26,493 bases of DNA from Candidatus Krumholzibacteriia bacterium (lineage in GTDB: Bacteria; Krumholzibacteriota; Krumholzibacteriia; WVZY01): positions 1 through 26,493 of the forward strand of contig JBHHVD010000042.1 in assembly GCA_046754105.1 (NCBI GenBank), read 5' to 3'. A model generated the notes under the pieces. It worked only from the letters and a program-made list of their open reading frames with translations, had not been told where the DNA came from and did no database searches. Position numbers and translations under genes: made by a program. Of the stretch, positions 8,328 to 16,451 are shown in pieces. Numbering within the stretch: the first letter of the stretch is position 1; every line of letters begins with the position of its first letter.

Positions 8328-8945
8328 GTGAAGAAGACTGGTCGCGCGGGGGCGCTCAGCGAGCGCCAGCGAGCCGTGATGAACTTCATTGCCGCTTTTA
8401 CGGCGGCGGAGGGACATGCCCCCACCTTGGAAGAGATCCGCGCTCATCTGCGCGTGGCGGCTGTGAGCACGGTGCACCATCACGTAGCGCGCCTCGTGGA
8501 GAAGGGATATCTCGAACGGAGTTGGAACCGCGGGCGCTCACTCGTGCCGGGGCCGAGCGCCGCGCCTGCGAGCGCGGTACGTCTGGTGCCGGTAACGGGG
8601 ATCGTCTCGCGGGGCGGCCGCGTCGTACCGCGCCCGGCCGGCGGGGAGGTCGCCGTGGCGGGAGAATTGGCGAGATCCGGGGCGACCTACGCGCTACGTG
8701 TGCGCACGTATGAATTGCGTGATGAAAGCATACGGCGTGGGGACACGCTGCTCGTGGGGCCGAGGCGCCGAGACCGCCCGGGAAGCCTGCTCGTGATCTC
8801 GCTCGGGGCGGGATATGTCCTGGCGAGGATGGGGAGGGGCAAACGCCGCCGGCCGGCACCGCTCGCCGCGGGGGAAGACGAGTGGAGGACCCTAACCGCT
8901 CGTGTGGATGGTGTGGTCGTGGGGTTGGTTCGCAGTGATCCGTAA
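8328..8945 (+). CDS. lexA: LexA-like repressor (LexA DNA-binding winged HTH + degenerate S24 domain), apparently non-cleavable
   Basis: N-terminus LSERQ.AV..FI......G.APT.EEI..HL.....STVH.HV..L..KGYL.R...R.R matches LexA_DNA_bind. The C-terminal half follows the S24 layout (ALRV, I..GD.L.V, final GVVVGLVR) but lacks the Ala-Gly site, catalytic Ser and catalytic Lys. Confidence 0.8.
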   Translation: MKKTGRAGALSERQRAVMNFIAAFTAAEGHAPTLEEIRAHLRVAAVSTVHHHVARLVEKGYLERSWNRGRSLVPGPSAAPASAVRLVPVTGIVSRGGRVVPRPAGGEVAVAGELARSGATYALRVRTYELRDESIRRGDTLLVGPRRRDRPGSLLVISLGAGYVLARMGRGKRRRPAPLAAGEDEWRTLTARVDGVVVGLVRSDP

Positions 8946-8994
8946 AAGCGCCGCGCCGCTCGCCGCGGTTGCGGCGTGACCTGGAGGTTGCGCC

Positions 8995-9498
8995 GTGTCA
9001 CAAAGCGTGATCGTCGACGGATACAACGTCATTTACACGGATGAGAGACTGCGCCGAACGGCTTGCAAGGACCTCGAGCGAGCGCGGGACGGCCTTGTCG
9101 AGAAACTGGAGAGTTACCTGAGCGGCAGGAAGCTGAAGATAACCGTAGTCTTCGATGGGCGCGGGGGCATGGCGAGCGCGGAGGCCGTCATCCCGGGCAA
9201 GCTGCAGGTCGTCTACAGTGCCGGGTCCGAGACGGCCGACGAAGTGATCGTAGAGACGTTGAGGAAAGCGACAAACCCGGCGGCGCATATCGTCGTTACG
9301 TCGGACATGGCGGACATCGGCCGCGCCGCCAGGGCGCTGGGCTGCCAGGTAATCGGCTCGAAGCGTTTCCTCGATCGGATGGAGGCCGACGGCAAGCGGG
9401 TGCGCAGCGCGGGCGCCGGGCCGGCGGTCGACTTGGGTGACACGGACTACTGGCTCGAGAAATTCGCCGCGGACGGGGAAACCGAGGGCGAAACGTAA
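8995..9498 (+). CDS. NYN-domain (YacP/Rae1-like, PIN fold) ribonuclease
   Basis: SD GGAGG before GTG 8995. Acidic motifs IVDGYN, VVFDG, S...TAD..I and VVTSD, typical of NYN_YacP. Confidence 0.85.
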   Translation: MSQSVIVDGYNVIYTDERLRRTACKDLERARDGLVEKLESYLSGRKLKITVVFDGRGGMASAEAVIPGKLQVVYSAGSETADEVIVETLRKATNPAAHIVVTSDMADIGRAARALGCQVIGSKRFLDRMEADGKRVRSAGAGPAVDLGDTDYWLEKFAADGETEGET

Positions 9499-9557
9499 AC
9501 GACGTGCTACGCGACGGGACAAAAAAACTGCTTTAGCGGGAGCAACACCCGCGTTAA

Positions 9558-10568
<1,011 letters not shown>

Positions 10569-10590
10569 ACGCGGGTAGACGAACATGTTT

Positions 10591-10625
10591 CGAAAAGAGC
10601 GCTCGGCCACCCGGCGCTCTTTTCG
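10591..10625 (+). terminator. Intrinsic terminator-like hairpin after mdh
   Basis: 12-bp inverted repeat CGAAAAGAGCGC / GCGCTCTTTTCG, 22 bp after the stop codon. Confidence 0.7.
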
Positions 10626-10848
10626 TTGCGAGCAGGGTCCCCGAGGCGGCGGAGACTGCCGTTCGCCGCTTGCGAAGACGTCGATTTTTGGTATTTATTT
10701 GGCGTTGCCCGAACCGTTATAATTCAAGGACCGGCCCCGAGAGAGGCCGTCGCGAACAGGCACGGCCGGCCGGCCGGAGCGGACGCCGCTCGAATCGCCG
10801 GCAGGGAGCACGAACTGCGCACCCCCTGTGAAGAGGAAAGGGGTACCC

Positions 10849-11613
10849 ATGAAAAAGGGCTGGATCTACGCTCTGGTCGCAGCCGGTCTCGTTGCCGGCG
10901 CCCGGACATCCTATTCCGAACCCGTAACCCTGGATCATCTGAAGAACATCGCGAGCCGCTTCAGCTATTTTTTGGTCCTCGAAGCGAACGAGGAAGAACC
11001 TCTGCGTTACATCTACGCGGATACACGCCAGCACGTCCACCTCTACCACGTAGCCGACGAGCGTGCCGTGCTCAACTGGGAGAGCGTGGAGCTCGGGTCC
11101 CGGGCGAGCGCGCTTTTCGTGGGTGACCTGGACAAGGACGGTCTCGAGGAGTTCGTCATAGCGACCACCCAGGGGCGTATTCTGATTTACGGCGGCCGGG
11201 ACCACGAGCTGTTGTGGGAGAATCTCCAGGACCCGTTCGAGACGATCGAGTGCATGACATCCCAGAACATAGACCGGGACCCGCAGGATGAACTGATCTT
11301 TGTGGCCAATTCGTTTCTTTACATCTATGACAGTGTTTACAAGACCATCGAGTGGCAGAGCCAGCGGAATTTTTCCGCCAAGGAGATCATCCTCGCCAAC
11401 GTGGACAATGACGATCAGCCCGAGATCATCCTCAATACAGGATTCGTCATCGATTCGCGGTTCTACAACGTCGAGTACGAGTTCGAAGAGGGGTTCGGGG
11501 ACCGCATGCAGCTGCTCGACATCAACGGCGACGATATCCCCGAGATCATCGGCGAAACCACGGATTTTACCCTCCGCATCTACGACGTCTACGCGGAAAG
11601 GGAGCTGTGGTAG
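10849..11613 (+). CDS. Secreted acidic protein with FG-GAP/VCBS-like Ca-binding repeats
   Basis: Signal peptide. Four DxDxDG-type motifs (GDLDKDGLEEF, NIDRDPQDEL, ANVDNDDQPEI, LDINGDDIPEI) interleaved with W-containing propeller-like strands. Confidence 0.7.
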   Translation: MKKGWIYALVAAGLVAGARTSYSEPVTLDHLKNIASRFSYFLVLEANEEEPLRYIYADTRQHVHLYHVADERAVLNWESVELGSRASALFVGDLDKDGLEEFVIATTQGRILIYGGRDHELLWENLQDPFETIECMTSQNIDRDPQDELIFVANSFLYIYDSVYKTIEWQSQRNFSAKEIILANVDNDDQPEIILNTGFVIDSRFYNVEYEFEEGFGDRMQLLDINGDDIPEIIGETTDFTLRIYDVYAERELW

Positions 11614-11656
11614 TTCGAACACGCGTTCTGCAGTGGCTATCGTACCTCGGGGACGC

Positions 11657-12316
11657 CTAGTTCTTCTTGCGGAATTCGATGCGGACGCGGGTCCACATCG
11701 TCGCCGGATGGCCGTCTTTGTGCCCGGGCTCGAAGACGATGAGACGAGCAGAGCGCAGCGCCGCCTCGATACAGTCCGGGGGCTGGCCGGGGTCGTCCGC
11801 CTTGACCTGGAGGATGTGACCTTCGGCCGAGACTTCGATGTGGACGTCCACGTGATGCCCCAGGCAGTGCTTGAGGCGCCGGGTATCGGGCCACGTGATC
11901 TCCAGCGGGCGTGGAGGAATTACGACCGCTTCGGGGCCGATATTGTCCGGCATCGTTTGCGGGGACTCACCGACGAGGTTCTCGATGTCTGCCGGGGTTT
12001 CCGTCTCGTAACCCTCTCTGAGTTCCTTTGTTACGGCGTTTTCCGTCGCCTGGTGCTCGGCGACGACCTTTGGTGTGGGTTGCTGGACTGGATTTTGCTC
12101 CATATCCGGGCTGGGCGAATCATCGATTTCCACCGGTATGGTGATAATGAATCGGGGGGGAGCGGGTTGACCGCGCCCATCCCCCGAGTCGGCGTCGATG
12201 GTCTTTCTGAAGGCCGAAAAGAAGCTGGGACGGACGCTGTAGAACAGGGCCACGTGCAGGAGGACGGCGATCGACACGACCACGATCCAGCGTTTCTTGC
12301 GGCTGTGGCGTTGCAT
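11657..12316 (-). CDS. TonB-like energy transducer (N-terminal anchor, Pro/acidic linker, TonB_C-like domain)
   Basis: SD GGAGG before ATG 12316. Transmembrane segment with S..V.LH. C-terminus V.V...V...G....V......AAL..AR...FEPG.KDG.P......V.IEF. Confidence 0.7.
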   Translation of the reverse strand: MQRHSRKKRWIVVVSIAVLLHVALFYSVRPSFFSAFRKTIDADSGDGRGQPAPPRFIITIPVEIDDSPSPDMEQNPVQQPTPKVVAEHQATENAVTKELREGYETETPADIENLVGESPQTMPDNIGPEAVVIPPRPLEITWPDTRRLKHCLGHHVDVHIEVSAEGHILQVKADDPGQPPDCIEAALRSARLIVFEPGHKDGHPATMWTRVRIEFRKKN

Positions 12317-12458
12317 GACGGCTGTTCCTCCCCGGCGCGGGGGAAGCGGGGGACGGTTCGGCTTGTGGCCGCTGACGGTTTCGGACATAATACCCGGCAA
12401 ATCGCCCGGGAGTCGTGAAGAAAATCGAGCGTCTGGCGACCAGGGGAGCGATGAGCAA

Positions 12459-13061
12459 ATGATCCAGAACCGCGACACCATGACGAGAGGGACCTTTACG
12501 GTACCGAATCTGTTGACGGCGATCCGGCTCGTGCTGGCCGTGGCAGCGGCAACGCTATTCATTGTCGGCCGACTTTCGTCGCTGGCGGTGTCGTTTTGCC
12601 TGGTCGGCGTCGTGCTCGACGCGTTGGACGGATGGTACGCGCGCCGATTCGCGCAGTGCACCAACCTCGGCCGCTTCATGGACCCGCTGGCCGACAAGAT
12701 GCTGATGCTGGTCGTCTACGGTGTTATCGTCGTAAACATGAAATCGATCGTCATCTGGGCGTTGTTTGCACTGGTGGCGGGACGAGATGTTGTGGTTACT
12801 TCGTCGCGCCTGCGGAGCTTCCGCAGCAGGGGTGCTTCGATGCCCTCCGATCGGTTCGGGAAGGCGAAGATGATTATCCAGAGCATCGGCGGGGCGGCAA
12901 TCCTCGTTTATGCCTACATCCTCAACGGCGGCTTCACCTTCTTGCATTATCCCGTCCTCATGACCCTGGCGGTGGTAATGGTTCTTTCCTACATATCCGC
13001 AGGGCGATATCTCCTCCCCGGGGGCTTTATGCTCCTCCCCGGCTCCAAGCGCGGCGAATAG
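12459..13061 (+). CDS. pgsA: CDP-alcohol phosphatidyltransferase (PgsA-like)
   Basis: TVPNLLT.IR and the signature D.LDGW.AR....T.LGRFMDP.ADK, plus GK.K...Q and multiple transmembrane segments. Alternative start at 12480. Confidence 0.85.
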   Translation: MIQNRDTMTRGTFTVPNLLTAIRLVLAVAAATLFIVGRLSSLAVSFCLVGVVLDALDGWYARRFAQCTNLGRFMDPLADKMLMLVVYGVIVVNMKSIVIWALFALVAGRDVVVTSSRLRSFRSRGASMPSDRFGKAKMIIQSIGGAAILVYAYILNGGFTFLHYPVLMTLAVVMVLSYISAGRYLLPGGFMLLPGSKRGE

Positions 13062-13081
13062 CCCGGCACACCCAGCAAAGA

Positions 13082-13119
13082 CAAAGGGGGCTGTTGCCGA
13101 CCAAGACAAGCCCCCTTTG
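13082..13119 (+). terminator. Hairpin after the pgsA-like gene
   Basis: 11-bp inverted repeat CAAAGGGGGCT / AGCCCCCTTTG. Confidence 0.55.
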
Positions 13120-13230
13120 GCTACACCTTCCACGTAAAAACGTGGCTGGCTGGTAGCACTACAAACTTATTTTGTATGATTCGTATTGTCAAGCGGGTGT
13201 TGCCTTTTTATCATATGTAAGGGATTACCA

Positions 13231-13644
13231 ATGCGCGTCTTAGTCAAGAAAGGCTTGATCTATTCTCTTTGCGTCTCGCTGCTGGCGCTGACGGCTCCCG
13301 CGAGGGGCAACGCAGGCGAGCGCCTGCCAGAGGGTCGAAGGACGGCGGCCGAGGCCGCCGCAACGGCTTTCGGCGGCCGTGACTCCAGGCGGGCCGGACG
13401 CCTGCTCGCCGCGTTCGCCTACGCGGATACGACCGAATACGAGTTTCCCGACGAGGAGGAAGAGGAGCGAAACGTCGTCAAGGAAGTCATCCTGTGGACG
13501 GCGGTCGCCGGCTTCCTCTCGTTCTTCGTAATCAAGGTATTTCTCCAGGGTGACACCGACATACCCCCGCCGGAACCGAACAAAAAGCCTCCGCCGCCCC
13601 CACCGACGGTCAGCGGTCGTTCCCCGCAGGGGTTTCCCAGGTGA
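13231..13644 (+). CDS. Hypothetical membrane-anchored protein with acidic patch and Pro-rich tail
   Basis: Signal peptide, DEEEEE patch, one C-proximal transmembrane segment, then PPPEPNKKPPPPPP. Overlaps the convergent gene by 35 bp. Confidence 0.55.
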   Translation: MRVLVKKGLIYSLCVSLLALTAPARGNAGERLPEGRRTAAEAAATAFGGRDSRRAGRLLAAFAYADTTEYEFPDEEEEERNVVKEVILWTAVAGFLSFFVIKVFLQGDTDIPPPEPNKKPPPPPPTVSGRSPQGFPR

Positions 13645-15667
13645 ACGAAGTCGATCGTTCCACCGCCTCCCCGGAGTGCCGGTCTCTCACCGTAATGGTC
13701 AAGACGTACTCTCCCGCTCGCAGCGCGTCGATGTCAATCGCCAGGTTCTCCGACGCCTCGTGGCGAAAGCTGCGGCGTTCCAACGTCTGCGAGATGACCG
13801 GGTCGGATTCCGGCCTGAAGCCCATCATGGATTTCAACCCTCGTTTGATCCGGGACCAGCCTTGCGGCGAGTGGGCCGCCGCGTCGAATATCGAGTACGA
13901 TACCTCGTACTGAGCGCCGCCGGGCGGCAGGAGCAGGTTGTAGATCTCGACGTACAGTCTCAGGTTCTCCGGTCGCGTATACGCACCTCCAGGATTGGGG
14001 TGGAACCGTTGCTCGCCACGGAGAATCGTCGCGGGGTAACCGCCGGAATCCTCGCGAGCCGGGTTGCGGTACAGCAGTATGTCGCTCAAGGCCAGGGAAT
14101 CACTCAGGTAGGTGAGGGTGTTGGTTTCCGATTGCGCCAGAAACTGACCCCGCCGCGTGTCGTCCGTTACGCTGAATGCGACGCGATGACGGTCGAATGG
14201 AACGTCGTAGTTTTTTACCAGGTAGTACCAGCGGTCGCCGGCGTGGCTCCGGCGGCGAACCGGGTCGATGGCGAGACTGTCCTCGTCGTGGAGAGTCTGC
14301 CGCCAGTCACGGTCGTAAAAAGACGTCCGGGTCACGAAGGCGTGGGCGCCGGAGAGGTTCATGTAGTATTCGACGCTGTCCATGTCAAGCTTGAGGGCCA
14401 CGTAGACGCTGGTAAGGCGCGGGTTGCGGAACGCAAGGACGTCCATCACTCCGGACACCGGTGCCAGGGGAGATTCCCAAGTGCTCACGGGCTCGTCGAG
14501 GTTGAGCGCCTGTGCGATATACGAATAGCGATAGTCGATCGGCACCATGTAGTTTCCGTTCAAGAACTCATCCATGAAGACGAAGGTAAAGCCGTGCAGA
14601 TGCCCGCCGTACTTCCAGATTTCCTTGCGTCCGTCGAGGAATTCACCCTCGAGGGTGGTGCCGACGGTGGCCGGTTTGCCGAACTTGACCAGCGCCTTTC
14701 CGCGCTCCGTTTCCCAGCCGCGGAGGGGCGGCTGTTCGAGCTTGTAAAACGCGTCCGCGAGGGCCATGCGGTACATGTGCTCCAGATATCGAACGTTGAC
14801 CGGAGCGGTCGGATCGGGATTGTGCTCCGCCCAGAAGACTCGCTGCATGGAACTCCGTTTTGGCTGCGTTGCGAGTTCGTACTCGGCCTGCTGCTCTTTA
14901 CCGAGGAGCAGACCGATATCGGCGAACGCTTCGCGCTGCTCTCCGGACAGCAACCGCAGGGCGGTGTTGAACCAGCCCGCAGACTTCTCGAATTCGCCGT
15001 GCTCGAAAGCGATCGCGCCCCGCAGGAAGGACGCCTCTGGAGCGTCCCCATACCGCACCATCATCGTTTCGCAGGAGCGGATCGCCGCGGCGCTGTCGCC
15101 GAGCACGTAGTTGGAGAAGGCGACCTTGTAGAGCGCGTCCCGGTTGGTCGAGTCGCACTCCGCGGTGCGCCGCAAGTGTGACCGCGCAGCTTCGATATAC
15201 TCGCGATACACCTGGATGTGGCGCCACTTTCGAAACCAGTTCAGTCCAAGATAGTAATGCGCTTCACAATGGCCGGGGTGTTTCTCGATAACGCGTCTGA
15301 AGCACCGCTCCGCGTCGGGGAAGAAGGTCTGAAGGTAATACGTCTTGCCGAGTTCCATGAGGATGCCGGAATGCTCGGGAAAAAGGCGAAGGCCCCGCTC
15401 GAGTGTATCCTGTGCCCGCAGGCGATCCACGATCGTGTTGCGCGAGCGGTACAGCTGGCCCATTTGCACGTAGCGTTCGGGTGGGGCGGTCGCGGAGCGG
15501 ACGACACCGCGCAGGAGCTGGACCGCGCGGCTCGTGTCGCCGCGGGCCACCGCCGCGTCGACTTGCCGCAGGGTGGCATCCCGGTTTCCACCGAGAGCGC
15601 ATGCCTGCGCCAACGCGGCAACGAGCGCGACCGCGGCGAGGTATTTCGAATGATGACCAAGAATCAA
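13610..15667 (-). CDS. TPR + GWxTD-domain protein, probable lipoprotein
   Basis: TTG at 15667 after SD GGGGGAG (ORF extends to 15712). Lipobox-like LAQAC and N-terminal TPRs. FW....PDPT..VN...EH..R...AD......RGWETERG......GKP and E.W.Y...F.F.DE...GNY, as in GWxTD proteins. C-terminal LALSDI...GEY.L...V.D Ig-like domain. Confidence 0.85.
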   Translation of the reverse strand: MILGHHSKYLAAVALVAALAQACALGGNRDATLRQVDAAVARGDTSRAVQLLRGVVRSATAPPERYVQMGQLYRSRNTIVDRLRAQDTLERGLRLFPEHSGILMELGKTYYLQTFFPDAERCFRRVIEKHPGHCEAHYYLGLNWFRKWRHIQVYREYIEAARSHLRRTAECDSTNRDALYKVAFSNYVLGDSAAAIRSCETMMVRYGDAPEASFLRGAIAFEHGEFEKSAGWFNTALRLLSGEQREAFADIGLLLGKEQQAEYELATQPKRSSMQRVFWAEHNPDPTAPVNVRYLEHMYRMALADAFYKLEQPPLRGWETERGKALVKFGKPATVGTTLEGEFLDGRKEIWKYGGHLHGFTFVFMDEFLNGNYMVPIDYRYSYIAQALNLDEPVSTWESPLAPVSGVMDVLAFRNPRLTSVYVALKLDMDSVEYYMNLSGAHAFVTRTSFYDRDWRQTLHDEDSLAIDPVRRRSHAGDRWYYLVKNYDVPFDRHRVAFSVTDDTRRGQFLAQSETNTLTYLSDSLALSDILLYRNPAREDSGGYPATILRGEQRFHPNPGGAYTRPENLRLYVEIYNLLLPPGGAQYEVSYSIFDAAAHSPQGWSRIKRGLKSMMGFRPESDPVISQTLERRSFRHEASENLAIDIDALRAGEYVLTITVRDRHSGEAVERSTSFTWETPAGNDR

Positions 15668-15777
15668 CGGGTTCGCTCCCCCGCCCGCGGCAAGGTAAGG
15701 TAGGGCACACACAAATATACAACGCGCCGCCCCCGGGCAGGAAGGGATGTTTGCGGTTGGATGATTCGTACGATACG

Positions 15778-15804
15778 GGGAGGGGCCGGTGGGCGGCCCC
15801 TCCC
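15778..15804 (-). terminator. GC-rich hairpin downstream of the 15826-16215 gene
   Basis: 11-bp inverted repeat GGGAGGGGCCG / CGGCCCCTCCC. No clear U-tract. Confidence 0.5.
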
Positions 15805-15825
15805 GCTACAAGTGGATACGGCTAG

Positions 15826-16215
15826 CTAGAGGCTCTTCTTGGAACCGAAAGCGCTCTTGGAATCGCGGAACGTAACTGCCAGGCCCGTCTCTGCGTTGCG
15901 GGTCACGACGCGGAACGCCAGCGAGGAGCCGGAAGCAATCGGGTTTTCGAGCGTCCGGAACGTCACCCTCTCGCCGCTCGCGATCCCGACCCAGCCCTTG
16001 GGGGCGACGATATCGTCGACGGATTCCGTGGCGTCCACGATCGTCACACCGTAGACGGCGCGACCCCGGGCGGTGACGTTGAGGATCACCACGGCGGCCT
16101 CGCCCTGGTTGGTGAGAACGGTCTTGCTAACGCTCGGGTCGGCCGCCAGGGCCGGCACGGACGCCATCACGGCTAGCGCCGCGAACAGGAGGATAATCTG
16201 GTTCAAGCGAGTCAT
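15826..16215 (-). CDS. Small secreted hypothetical protein (probably all-beta)
   Basis: Strong SD GAGGAGGT before ATG. Signal peptide ending ALA. Alternating hydrophobic strands and an APKGW motif. Confidence 0.75.
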   Translation of the reverse strand: MTRLNQIILLFAALAVMASVPALAADPSVSKTVLTNQGEAAVVILNVTARGRAVYGVTIVDATESVDDIVAPKGWVGIASGERVTFRTLENPIASGSSLAFRVVTRNAETGLAVTFRDSKSAFGSKKSL

Positions 16216-16387
16216 TTCTGACCTCCTCGTACTCTCTGCTCTAGGATGCTAAGTCAGGTCAGATCCTAGTAGAATGCCGCTTATTTAAGGTGTCACTTCA
16301 GCTGTTGCCCACAGCTATCTGGAAATCCTTGACTTGCCTCACGATGCCTGGGAAATCCAAATCGTTGCCTATGCATGCGAATGGCTT

Positions 16388-16417
16388 ATTATACCACGGC
16401 CGGTGGCGGCTTGTCGA
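16388..16417 (-). promoter_or_regulatory. Putative sigma70 promoter (extended -10) for the small secreted protein
   Basis: On the minus strand: TCGACA, 18 bp spacer, then TATAAT preceded by TGG. Confidence 0.6.
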
Positions 16418-16451
16418 GCGGGGATAGCTCGGAAAATCCCATACGGACGGG

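Noticed and set aside
11617..11628. Perfect GAAC-N4-GTTC (Gram-positive-type SOS box), GAACACGCGTTC
   Set aside because: It lies between the 3' ends of two convergent genes, not in a promoter. No such box precedes the LexA-like gene, and an 8-bp match is expected by chance at this scale.
11300..12418. 372-aa plus-strand ORF
   Set aside because: Overlaps the FG-GAP-like gene out of frame and is antisense to the TonB-like gene. No recognisable domain.
13550..15181. 543-aa plus-strand ORF
   Set aside because: Antisense shadow of the GWxTD gene, typical of high-GC DNA, with no motifs.
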